Positions 14,460 to 24,051 of a DNA stretch of 24,051 nt are shown piece by piece. Numbering within the stretch: position 1 is the first letter of the stretch; every line of letters begins with the position of its first letter. The stretch is taken from positions 1 through 24,051 of the IMG/VR virus record IMGVR_UViG_3300032234_000291, one strand, 5' to 3'. This DNA is from a virus (lineage: Duplodnaviria > Caudoviricetes). The position numbers and the translations under genes were made by a program. Below the pieces are notes generated by a model. That model was given only the letters and a program-made list of their open reading frames with translations. It was not told the DNA's origin and did not search any database.

Positions 14460-17400
14460 ATGAGAAGCCCCCTAGATTTTGGAAATAGTGAATTTTTTAG
14501 AGCAGACTTAGTAGGTAGGAATTTACAACCATATAAAAAATCACCTTATAAAGTATCATATCCAATAAATTATGAAACGGTACTAGATTTCAAATCTGTT
14601 ATTGATTCACCGGATAAGTTTATTGATGAGCCTATATATGCCAATGAGTTATATGTTAGAAATCAATTTGGTGCTAATGGGGGTTATAAATTAGTTTTAA
14701 ATGTAAATGGTTTAAAAAACACCAAAACTAATAATGGTGAATACACTATTTCAAAACAAAGAATACCAAAGGATAATACAAAAAAAAGAATAGAAACCTT
14801 ACAATATAATTTATTCCTTGATGTTGATACAATAATTGATTCTGGTGATTATTTTAATAAAGACGAGTTTTTATTTGATCCAGCTAGGGGTAATAAAAAT
14901 ATATTACATTATTGGTTGCCTGGTGCTAATGGGGGTAAACCATATTTTCAAGCAGAAACATATACAGCGGCTGAAATTTTACTAAACGATTCGCAAACAA
15001 AATCTAAAATTTCAAAAGATTCGTATATAATTAAATTATCTTCAAAATATCTAAATGAATATTTCATTGAGAGAAAGGGTAGATTAGTTCTTAAATATAC
15101 AGAAGCATTAAAATTTAAAAATTTATATACTAATATAGCTGACCCATTTGAGTTATATAATTTATTGCCGACAATTCAACCATTTTGGAATATAACGGCA
15201 CCAAGTAATTTATTATTAGGGTTAACTAGATTAGGTTTTGATACGGTTGGGGGTGAGTTACCTTTTACCCCCATCATTGGTTCGTATTTTGATGAGAGTG
15301 TTTCATTAAATGGTAAACCAAACAAGACAATAATAGGTTCAATTTTTTCACAAAGAAAAACAGGAAATCAATTATTTTTTAATAACACTGGGGAGGGTCA
15401 GAAATCTATTTTGTTTTTAAATTTAAAATACAATAGATATTCGCCCACATATAAAAAAGGTAATGAAGATGGGTTTTTAATTAGAAGTAAAAATAAATAT
15501 TACGTTGGTAGTGATGATAATGAACCATCTGAAATTGAATCACCTTATGATGATTTGCCGACAGATGAGTTTGGTAGAAAAACGCATAATATTGTATATG
15601 GATCTGATTTATTATCCAAATCATACGAGGGGGAAGATTTTAATCCAAAGATAGGTTTAAATGGAACGCCAACCATTGATGGTGGTGGTATTGAGGGTGG
15701 GTTAACATGGGTTTCACCAAAGTATCGGAGTAATGCAGGTTTGAATGTTGGGAAGGGTGGTGAAGTTACCGGAGGTTCTTATGGTTCAACGCCACCGACA
15801 TTTGATTCATCAGACTCGACAGGGTTTGAGTTTAAGGAGGGGTCAATCATGGATGACACTCAAAGGTTGATTAATTCCCAGCCTAACGGTGCGAACAGAT
15901 TAAAGCACGTTGGGAACGCTATTGACCAAGTTAGTAAAGTTTTTAATGATGGTTATAAAGAAATCACAAAAGGTTCGAGGATAAAAAGATATGAGTATCA
16001 AAACCCAACAACTTTTACAAATGGTACTTTTCAAGAATATTGTAGATTATTTACAAAAGATTCACCTTATATGTCATATAACCGACTTCAAAAGAAAAAT
16101 GGTATTAGGACTGAGGGTAGAAGATTAGAGGGTTCAGTTTTTAATAAAACGTATGATTTAAGTATGTATCCCAAGAGGGGTGAAGATACAAAAAAATATA
16201 TGTTATCGTTAGAGAATCTGGCTTGGAGAACATCTGGTAATTTTGTTAATTTACCTGAATGCGAGAAAGGTTTAAATGGGGGAAGGCTTATGTGGTTTCC
16301 ACCATATGATTTAAAATTTACAGATACATCCACAGCGAATTGGAATGAGAATACTTTTTTAGGAAGACCTGAATCGGTTTATACTTATAAAAGCACAACA
16401 AGGTCAGGTTCAATTGATTTCAGCATAATTGTTGACCACCCTTCTGTTTTAAATATTATAACAAATAAGATATTAGCAACTGAAAATAGGTCAGAAGAAA
16501 TAAATGGTATTATTAATTCTTTTATTGCTGGATGTTTAACTTATGATTTATATGATTTGGCCAAAGTTTATACAACCATAGGTCTTGATGAGTTGCAGGA
16601 ATTACAAAAAACAATTGTTGAAACTGTTGAAACAACAGAAGAAGAAATGACCTATATTGAAAGGACTGTTGTCACGGGCGTTGACCCTTTTACTATAATG
16701 GATACAGCAACACCAGCAGATGTTGAGTCGCCAATACTTGATGGTTTTAAGGGTTATGCTTTTTATTTTGATAATGATATACCAAAGGGTTCAGATGATT
16801 ATCAAACTTTGTTTTCAAATTATACTGGTAACTCACTTTATTCAGCTGATACCCTTAAAACGTTTATGGATAATATTGTTAAGGATAATTTTGAACAATT
16901 GAATAAATTTATTGAGGCTGCTAATCTTCTTGAAGATACTGATGAACTAGAAATAACACTTACATCATCAGCATCATCACCAGCAACAGTTCAATATAAT
17001 AATAGTTTAAGTGAGAAACGCACTAACTCAGCTATAAAATATTTAAAAGAAAATATAAAGTTCAAAGGTTTAAATATAATATTTAATAATCGTGGTGAGA
17101 ATATTACTGATTTAACAACTAAATCATCAAAAAGCGGAGTTTCACCAACTACTGTTGCAAATTGTTCTGATTTAGGTTCTGGGGTTAATCAAATTAAAAG
17201 TGTTCAAGCAATGGCTTGTAGGAGAACAGCTATTAGTGAAATTAAATTAACAAGAAAAAGTAAACCCCCAGAACCGGTAACGCCCCCAGAACCATTAACA
17301 CCAATAACTAAGGATGTTAAATTAATTAAAGAAACGACTACTATAAAACAGAATGAGATTTTTAATAAAGTTCAAGGCAAGAATATTTCAAAAAAGGTAT

Positions 17401-19190
17401 TACAAAAACTTTTAACTGAATGTGATTATTTTGAGGCGATTAAGGAAACTGATCCATTTGTTTATGAAAATTTAAAGAGTAAAATAAAATATTTCACACC
17501 ATCATTTCATTCAACAACACCAGAGGGTTTAAATAGCAGATTAACTTTTCTTCAACAATGTGTTAGACCAGGAGATACAATACCAACGATAAATAAAAAT
17601 AATGATTTAACCTTTAAAGATTCAAAGAATACAAGTTTTGGTATTCCTCCTGTCTTAATTTTAAGAGTTGGTGATTTTTACCATACAAAAATAATACCAG
17701 AGACATTAACTTTTACATATGAGAATTTGGATATTAATCCAGAGGGTATTGGGTTACAACCAATGATTGTTAAGGCTCAGTTATCATTTAAGTTTGTTGG
17801 TGGGCATGGATTGAATAGTGCGATTGATAGGTTGCAAAATGCGTTATCTTATAATTATTATGCGAACACAGAGGTTTATGAACAGCGTTCTGATGTGACA
17901 GACAGAAGTTTGGATAAAATGGATACTGATTTATATAACTTTTACAAAGCAAAGGACAATCCTGTTACAGATCCTGTTGTTAATCCTGTTCAATATAGAA
18001 ATTTAAGTTACAAACCGATAGGTACTATTGTTGATGGTGACTCTATTAACTATAAAGATTTTTTAAGTGAATTGATAAATCAGACAAATGCATATATTGA
18101 TTCAGTAAAATCATTGACCGAGGAGTTTATCCTTGAAAATAATTTTAATTTGTTAAAATATATCACATGGGATAAATATATGGTATCTTATGAGGGTGAA
18201 ATAATTGAGGGCACAGAAATTAGACTTTTTGGTGTTCCTGATTTAAGTTATACAAAAGACATTGAAAATTATTTTGATGATGCTATCAGGCGCATAGATA
18301 ATAATAATGATGATAATTTCATTAAAGATTTGCGAATAAAAGATAATAGAGTTTATGTTCCAGATAAAAAAACAATTAAGGTTATTAAATTAAATTATAT
18401 TAATTTTATGAATAGACGAAGGGGTGAAATTTTAAATGCTTTAACTGTTTATTCTAATAATTTGATTAATATACAATTAAAATATTTACCTTTTTTAAAT
18501 AAAGCAGGGTTGATTACAACAACGTATGATAGTAACGATGAATTTGCGAATGCCTATGGTTATGATGGATATATTGCTAAAAATGGGGGTATCTTTATAT
18601 ATAAACTAACAGGTAGTACAGATAGTATTAAAGTTGTTGTTAATAGACTTGGTGCTAAATTAAATTATTTTAACACTAAAATAATTACTGAATTTGATTA
18701 TGAGAATAATCTAAAATTAGATGAAATATTTTTATATGGAGATAATCCAAAACAAAGGAGTTTGGTGTATGCGTTTTTATATGGGTTTATAAATAAACCT
18801 AATTTGTATGATGTGTTTTTTGATGACATTATGACAAAGGATTTGTTAAAAACAATAAAAACGCAACAGGATAAAGATTATCTTATTGGTATTTTCAATA
18901 GATTCTGGAAGTCTGAAATTGAAATTTTTGATAAATATAATACTGATACAGGTCAAGGAGGAAGAGATATGCTTTCGTTTTTAAGAGATAAAAATATATT
19001 TAATTACTTAACAACTCTAACTGGTAATGATTATTCAATAAAAGCTGTTAAGGTTAAAGAGGAGAATATAGATAATAATGTTGAAAAAGCTTTTAAAAAT
19101 CTTGATTATGGGTCTGAAAAAATGGACAAATCAAAATGGTCTATATTTAAAAATAGTTTTATTTACGTTAAAAATAATATAGAAAGATGA
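14460..19190 (+). CDS. large baseplate/tail-tube-initiator-like protein with inserted OmpA-like domain
   Basis: 1576 aa; initiator-like segments DTSTANWNENTFLGRPESVYTYKSTTRSGSIDF and PPVLILRVGDFY...PMIVKAQLSFKFVG flank FYFDND...SSASSPATVQYNNSLSEKRTNSAIKYL...RGE...CRR (OmpA-C-like). Confidence 0.6.
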   Translation: MRSPLDFGNSEFFRADLVGRNLQPYKKSPYKVSYPINYETVLDFKSVIDSPDKFIDEPIYANELYVRNQFGANGGYKLVLNVNGLKNTKTNNGEYTISKQRIPKDNTKKRIETLQYNLFLDVDTIIDSGDYFNKDEFLFDPARGNKNILHYWLPGANGGKPYFQAETYTAAEILLNDSQTKSKISKDSYIIKLSSKYLNEYFIERKGRLVLKYTEALKFKNLYTNIADPFELYNLLPTIQPFWNITAPSNLLLGLTRLGFDTVGGELPFTPIIGSYFDESVSLNGKPNKTIIGSIFSQRKTGNQLFFNNTGEGQKSILFLNLKYNRYSPTYKKGNEDGFLIRSKNKYYVGSDDNEPSEIESPYDDLPTDEFGRKTHNIVYGSDLLSKSYEGEDFNPKIGLNGTPTIDGGGIEGGLTWVSPKYRSNAGLNVGKGGEVTGGSYGSTPPTFDSSDSTGFEFKEGSIMDDTQRLINSQPNGANRLKHVGNAIDQVSKVFNDGYKEITKGSRIKRYEYQNPTTFTNGTFQEYCRLFTKDSPYMSYNRLQKKNGIRTEGRRLEGSVFNKTYDLSMYPKRGEDTKKYMLSLENLAWRTSGNFVNLPECEKGLNGGRLMWFPPYDLKFTDTSTANWNENTFLGRPESVYTYKSTTRSGSIDFSIIVDHPSVLNIITNKILATENRSEEINGIINSFIAGCLTYDLYDLAKVYTTIGLDELQELQKTIVETVETTEEEMTYIERTVVTGVDPFTIMDTATPADVESPILDGFKGYAFYFDNDIPKGSDDYQTLFSNYTGNSLYSADTLKTFMDNIVKDNFEQLNKFIEAANLLEDTDELEITLTSSASSPATVQYNNSLSEKRTNSAIKYLKENIKFKGLNIIFNNRGENITDLTTKSSKSGVSPTTVANCSDLGSGVNQIKSVQAMACRRTAISEIKLTRKSKPPEPVTPPEPLTPITKDVKLIKETTTIKQNEIFNKVQGKNISKKVLQKLLTECDYFEAIKETDPFVYENLKSKIKYFTPSFHSTTPEGLNSRLTFLQQCVRPGDTIPTINKNNDLTFKDSKNTSFGIPPVLILRVGDFYHTKIIPETLTFTYENLDINPEGIGLQPMIVKAQLSFKFVGGHGLNSAIDRLQNALSYNYYANTEVYEQRSDVTDRSLDKMDTDLYNFYKAKDNPVTDPVVNPVQYRNLSYKPIGTIVDGDSINYKDFLSELINQTNAYIDSVKSLTEEFILENNFNLLKYITWDKYMVSYEGEIIEGTEIRLFGVPDLSYTKDIENYFDDAIRRIDNNNDDNFIKDLRIKDNRVYVPDKKTIKVIKLNYINFMNRRRGEILNALTVYSNNLINIQLKYLPFLNKAGLITTTYDSNDEFANAYGYDGYIAKNGGIFIYKLTGSTDSIKVVVNRLGAKLNYFNTKIITEFDYENNLKLDEIFLYGDNPKQRSLVYAFLYGFINKPNLYDVFFDDIMTKDLLKTIKTQQDKDYLIGIFNRFWKSEIEIFDKYNTDTGQGGRDMLSFLRDKNIFNYLTTLTGNDYSIKAVKVKEENIDNNVEKAFKNLDYGSEKMDKSKWSIFKNSFIYVKNNIER

Positions 19191-19510
19191 ATTTAAAATA
19201 TTATAATAGGTATTCACAATTTACATTAAATGGTGTTCAGAAAACAGTTCCATTTGTTACTTTGCCAAGTAAGGGTTCGGATCTTGTTTTTTTTTATAAA
19301 AAGAATAAAACAAGATTGGATAAAATATCGCAACAATATTATGACACCCCCTTTTTCGGTTGGTTAATATTATTGGCAAATCCCTCTTTTGGTGGATTAG
19401 AAAATAACATATTTGATGGTGCTATGTTAAAAATACCATTCCCTTTGGATAATTCGTTGTTAGATTATAAGAACGCGGTAGAAAATTATTATTATTTTTA
19501 TGGTAGGTAA
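19187..19510 (+). CDS. LysM-like baseplate wedge protein (gp53/tail protein X-like)
   Basis: 107 aa; TRLDKISQQYYDTPFFGWLILLANP...IFDGAMLKIP pattern; ATGA overlap with the upstream gene. Confidence 0.75.
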   Translation: MNLKYYNRYSQFTLNGVQKTVPFVTLPSKGSDLVFFYKKNKTRLDKISQQYYDTPFFGWLILLANPSFGGLENNIFDGAMLKIPFPLDNSLLDYKNAVENYYYFYGR

Positions 19511-22500
19511 TCAAGGTGATATTCATGTTATATTTGACTATCAAAACGTTATATATATTGACCCCAACAAGGTAATTAATGGTAATCAAGAGGTTCTTGA
19601 AAGGGGGGTTATTGCGGAAGATTTTGTTATGTATGCAAATCTGGAAACAAAATTAATCCCTAGAACAAAATTGTTGGTAAATGGACCTACAAACAATGAA
19701 ATATCTACAATAACATTAGGTAGCATCAATTTTTTAAACCCAAACAATGAGGAGTATTTAAATTCCAATTATTATAATGAGTTTACTGGGGATAAAACTT
19801 TGGAGAAAAAAGGGGTAAACCAGAAACAAACTTTTGAGGTTAACCAAAATGGTGAAACATTTACAACGGATAGTGCTATAAATTTAACAAATAATGCATT
19901 ATTTGGTATAAAGAAAATAAGTGTAAAAACAAATTCATCTTTTATTCCTACGGTTAGTATTGAGATGGAAGATGTTCAAGGTCGTGCATTATTTAGCCTG
20001 GGGGATCAATCACCTTATGCAGCCTTTTTCAATTTACCATATCCACCATTTTATTTAACATTGAAAGGTTATTATGGTAAGGCGGTTAGATATGAATTAT
20101 CTTTATTGAAATTTAATTCAAGATTCAATGGTTTAACTGGGGATTATTCTATTAGTTTGGAGTTCATTGGTTTTAAGTATAATGTGTTAAGTGAAATAAA
20201 CATGGGTCATTTGTTGGCAACCCCACACATGTACACTAAAAAATATGAAATAACATCAGCAACCAACCAGAGCGTTAGTGCGACCAAAGATTCTGTTTTT
20301 GAAATCAACACAGAACTTGGTTATCAAAAAGTGGTTGAGGTTTATAAGGATTATAAATCAAAGGGTTTAATAAGCCAGGATTTTCCGGAATTAACATTAT
20401 CTCAATTAATATATAAATTAGAGTTTTTCGAGCAGAATATATTAAATTCTTTAAACAAAATTAGTGTTGAGATATTAACTGATGGTAAAACCTATCAGAA
20501 AAATTTAAATGAATATTATAATAAAGTTAGGTCAAATCAAACATCTTGGTTTAATAAATATATTAATCAAAAACCAGTTATCTATAATGATGATACGTTT
20601 GCTTATACCTTTAAAAAAGAAGTAATTGATAATGCTGTAACTACAAATAGTGTAGAAGAAGCCATTAGTAAGTTAAAAGCCATTATAGACCAGTATAATC
20701 TAGCTTTAAAAAATAACCCCTCGTTTGGGGATAAAGGGGTTAATTATATAAAAAATAATATAACTTATGATTTTATTACTAAGACAGCGGATAACATTGA
20801 TTGGGTAAAAACGTATTCTTCAAGGATTGGGGGTGTTAGTTTAACTACTGATACAAGCGTTTTACAGAATCAAATGAAAGACGTTAAAGTTTCTTATGTT
20901 AAGAATAATGTAACTATTGATGTTCCTTTATTTGATTTTTCTAAATTTATTTCAGAAATAAATAGGATTGAAACGTTTTTCTCAAAGGAGATTAGTAAAA
21001 AAGAAAGGGAATTATCTGAAACTTTGGCAAATAGGATTGCCGAAAAGGAAACTGGGATTGGTTTTATTCCCAACATTAAGAATGTCATTGCTATTATTAT
21101 GGCATCAACGGAGGCTTTTTTAAGATTGCTTGATAATGTGCATGAAAATGCTTGGAATGTTCGTCAGAATGAAGATAGGCTTAGAGCGATAATAGGTGAT
21201 GGGGATTTAATTGATGATAATACGAATCAAGATCCTATTGTATTTCCTTGGCCACTTGTTTCTATTAAAAATGAAAATGCGAAAGCAAACAAATATGAGT
21301 TAATATATCCTGGGGATAATCAGGTTATCACAAAGACGAAAGCATATTTATTAGAAAATTGGCCAGAGGTTGAATTTGTTGAAGAATATTTGAAAGGATT
21401 TAATAAACGATTGGATAGACCAATAAATTCAAATTTGGTGGATTCTAATGATGATATTTTATCCAAGTTTGGTTTCAATACATTTGAATATCCTTTTAAT
21501 GAGTTGCCTTATAATAACGCTTTAAATTCTCAATTCTTTTATGAGTTATGGGATAGACATTTTGGTATCTCATTTAATTCAGGATACTCATTACTTTATA
21601 AATTTAGTAATGGTTCAAAACAAGTTGTGGTTGATTTTATTTCACAAAATGAAACAAAGAATATTGAAGCGAGTTTAAGTAGCAATTCTATTTTATTTTT
21701 TAGTAAGTTAAAAAACATATTAAACGCAAATCCCCTATTGAATGGTAGTAATTATGAAGATCAGTTGCTTGCTATTTCAAATAATGGGGCTAGTAATAGT
21801 TATCAAAAATATAAAGATGGATTTTACAACACAATTTATCTAAACAATATATTGAATAACGCTTCTCAATTATATAAAATAGAAACATTTAGGTTAGTTA
21901 CAAATAATTTTATCAATACATTAAAAACAGATAATTTTAAGAAGATAATTAATGATACCCAACCGAGCAATGACATTAATTTCTTATATCCTTTTAATAA
22001 TCCAACATGGTCAGCAGCTAATCTAACCACATTTAAACCAAACAAGTATGATACTAGTGGCACATTATTTTTCAATGCTGATAGAAATATAATAACTAAT
22101 TTCAAAGAGATAGGGGATGTTATTAATAATAAACCATTTAAGTTTTTCCCAAATGATAATACAAAGAAATTAACATTTGGTAACATATATCAAAATCAAT
22201 TTGGTCGTGCCATAAATACAACGTTATTAAACACCCCCATTTTTATTAATGCAATTCAACAAGGTGTTGATAATTGGAGGAATGTGAATAGCGAGGAAGC
22301 CAAGAAACCATTTATTACGGCAGCTTATCTTTTTTTAAGTTCATTACCATTATCAAATTTAACTGATTTTTTCATAAACAATAAGAATCAAAAAAATGGT
22401 TTTGTTTTTTCTAGTTTTATAAAATATTCAGCAATACATAAATTACCATTTGCCTGGATATTGAAATATGGTTCAATATGGTATCGTTATAAAAAATACA

Positions 22501-23546
22501 TCAATGAGCAAAAAGATATTCTTGATGATGTTTGGGTTAATTTTGATTATAATGAGTTTTTCAATAATACGGAATATACGTTTAACGGAACAACAATAAA
22601 ATTAATTGATGGAAAAAACATTAATTTGGGGTTTTATCCTAAATTAACAAATGATTTTAACGTATTTTTAAATGGATATGATTTATTCAAGGTATATGAT
22701 AACAAGGAGTTAACTGATACTATTAATAGGGGTTTTAATGTTCTTAATACTGGTAAGTATATTCTTGATGGTTATACGGTAAATAATTGGTCATCATTAG
22801 TTCCAGTTAATATATATGATATGGCATCATATCCGGATTATTGTCCAGACCAAAAACAAGATATTAAATCCTTATTTTATATTTTGCCATCATATAACGC
22901 AATAACAACTCAAACAACTGGAATAATAAATAAGAATATTCCTGTTTTAATAGATGAAATACATAATGGTGCAATTAAGATAATTTTATCTGATGATTCT
23001 GATTCTTTTTCTTTTGATTCATTAGTCAAACCAAAGTATAATGAATATATCAATATAAAAAATGATACCAATTCATTTAGTTTAACTGGGGATTATTCAA
23101 GCATTGAAGATATATTTGCAATCTTTGATTCAGAAACATTGGATTTATTTGAAAATGAATTTATTAAATTTTCAAGGTCTATATATGATTTTGATACTAC
23201 TAATAATAAAGATGAGATTAATTTATTGGGTTTAGATTATCAGGATCCAAGTACAAAATATTTAAATTTTCAATTAATGTTTAGGGAAATGATGGAAGTG
23301 CCATCAAATAGAAGTAATAAAACAGAAATTGATTATTTTAAAGAAGTTCAAAGTTTTCAAAAAACAAACATACAATCTGTTTTAAACGGCTTTTTAAGCT
23401 ATGATATATTGTTTAAGTATGGGAATCCCACAAAATATAATAAGTATTATTACAACTCATTTATTGAGCATATAGGGGGTATTCCGGATATACAAATACA
23501 TTTAAATTTAATCCTTATATTCAAAACACATTACCCCCACAAATAG
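19500..23546 (+). CDS. giant tail/baseplate hub-like structural protein, 5' part (frameshifted near 23475)
   Basis: 1348-aa ORF after the LysM gene; N-terminal GIKKISVKTNSSFIPTVSIEMEDVQGRALF...FFNLPYPPFYLTLKGYYG. The hub function is inferred from gene order only. Confidence 0.55.
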   Translation: MVGNQGDIHVIFDYQNVIYIDPNKVINGNQEVLERGVIAEDFVMYANLETKLIPRTKLLVNGPTNNEISTITLGSINFLNPNNEEYLNSNYYNEFTGDKTLEKKGVNQKQTFEVNQNGETFTTDSAINLTNNALFGIKKISVKTNSSFIPTVSIEMEDVQGRALFSLGDQSPYAAFFNLPYPPFYLTLKGYYGKAVRYELSLLKFNSRFNGLTGDYSISLEFIGFKYNVLSEINMGHLLATPHMYTKKYEITSATNQSVSATKDSVFEINTELGYQKVVEVYKDYKSKGLISQDFPELTLSQLIYKLEFFEQNILNSLNKISVEILTDGKTYQKNLNEYYNKVRSNQTSWFNKYINQKPVIYNDDTFAYTFKKEVIDNAVTTNSVEEAISKLKAIIDQYNLALKNNPSFGDKGVNYIKNNITYDFITKTADNIDWVKTYSSRIGGVSLTTDTSVLQNQMKDVKVSYVKNNVTIDVPLFDFSKFISEINRIETFFSKEISKKERELSETLANRIAEKETGIGFIPNIKNVIAIIMASTEAFLRLLDNVHENAWNVRQNEDRLRAIIGDGDLIDDNTNQDPIVFPWPLVSIKNENAKANKYELIYPGDNQVITKTKAYLLENWPEVEFVEEYLKGFNKRLDRPINSNLVDSNDDILSKFGFNTFEYPFNELPYNNALNSQFFYELWDRHFGISFNSGYSLLYKFSNGSKQVVVDFISQNETKNIEASLSSNSILFFSKLKNILNANPLLNGSNYEDQLLAISNNGASNSYQKYKDGFYNTIYLNNILNNASQLYKIETFRLVTNNFINTLKTDNFKKIINDTQPSNDINFLYPFNNPTWSAANLTTFKPNKYDTSGTLFFNADRNIITNFKEIGDVINNKPFKFFPNDNTKKLTFGNIYQNQFGRAINTTLLNTPIFINAIQQGVDNWRNVNSEEAKKPFITAAYLFLSSLPLSNLTDFFINNKNQKNGFVFSSFIKYSAIHKLPFAWILKYGSIWYRYKKYINEQKDILDDVWVNFDYNEFFNNTEYTFNGTTIKLIDGKNINLGFYPKLTNDFNVFLNGYDLFKVYDNKELTDTINRGFNVLNTGKYILDGYTVNNWSSLVPVNIYDMASYPDYCPDQKQDIKSLFYILPSYNAITTQTTGIINKNIPVLIDEIHNGAIKIILSDDSDSFSFDSLVKPKYNEYINIKNDTNSFSLTGDYSSIEDIFAIFDSETLDLFENEFIKFSRSIYDFDTTNNKDEINLLGLDYQDPSTKYLNFQLMFREMMEVPSNRSNKTEIDYFKEVQSFQKTNIQSVLNGFLSYDILFKYGNPTKYNKYYYNSFIEHIGGIPDIQIHLNLILIFKTHYPHK

Positions 23547-24051
23547 CATTAATTAGTGTTAATCAAAATACGTTCAATACCTTACAAAAAGAGGTTGGGT
23601 TTTCAACGATTACTAATTTAGCTTACGCTGATAGTGGTTCATATATTACAGATTTCTTCATTAATAATAATATTGAGTTTAGCGTTGAGAACGCCACCAA
23701 TTTATCGCATATTATAAAAATCTATGCTAATGAAAGATTAAAGAATCCAGCTTTAACAAAGCAAAACTTTTTGCAAATTTTACAAAATGAGCAGAATGTT
23801 ATTAATGGTCTGGTTGAAGATTCTTTGACAGGTACATTATTTAATGTTAAATCAATAACAAATAACAAGACTATTACGGAGGTAAATACTATTAATACGG
23901 TATTAGATAGTAAGGTGTCAAAATATGATTTATATGAAACATTTAAGGCTATAAATGATAAATGGGTATCTGGAAATGATTATACAACCACCACATTATT
24001 TGAAGATGTTCTTTTTTTAGATAGGGGTGGTAGAAATATTGGTGAGTTATT
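23468..24051 (+). CDS. continuation of the giant structural protein in the -1 frame; runs off the right edge
   Basis: Frame open from 23468 (after TGA 23465-23467) to the window end: GYSGYTNTFKFNPYIQNTLPPQ...YETFKAINDKWVSG...LFEDVLFLDRGGRNIGEL; contains no in-frame ATG. Confidence 0.8.

Noticed and set aside
498-22186. Short track ORFs 498-686, 2643-2867, 6913-7185, 8441-8626, 9251-9433, 9458-9652, 12079-12420, 16088-16333, 16720-16902, 19586-19768, 20894-21088 and 21866-22186
   Set aside because: Shadow ORFs overlapping well-supported genes in another frame or strand, with no recognisable motifs.
12341-23546. TAG reassignment or read-through (alternative genetic code)
   Set aside because: Reading through TAG 12341 adds only five more codons before TGA, and TAG 23544 is followed by TAA after one codon; the long genes are intact in the standard code.
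1-24051. tRNA/rRNA genes, introns, inteins, or diversity-generating retroelement repeats
   Set aside because: No cloverleaf, intron core, intein terminal motifs, reverse transcriptase or adenine-variant repeat pair was recognised by eye; not excluded computationally.

Overview
Very AT-rich window from a large contractile-tailed (myovirus-like) dsDNA phage; the host is possibly Bacteroidota (inferred). It covers the virion morphogenesis region: a divergent SNF2 helicase (cut by the left edge), neck protein, an unlisted 57-aa zinc-ribbon ORF, tail completion protein, tail sheath, tail tube, tail assembly chaperone, tape-measure-like protein, a 1576-aa baseplate/tube-initiator protein with an inserted OmpA-like domain, a LysM/gp53-like protein, and a giant tail/baseplate protein broken by a frameshift. 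Between sheath and tube lie a membrane-anchored GH73-like hydrolase, a HAD-fold protein and a palindromic 36-bp direct repeat. Main points of interest: (i) two paralogous zinc-ribbon/Vsr-like endonuclease/Mom-like GNAT fusion genes point outward on either side of the tail tube gene; (ii) one of them has its start codon inside a long hairpin that also contains a promoter-like motif; (iii) the tail chaperone appears to be extended by a +1 (or -2) frameshift rather than the usual -1. All calls come from reading motifs by eye; no searches were run.
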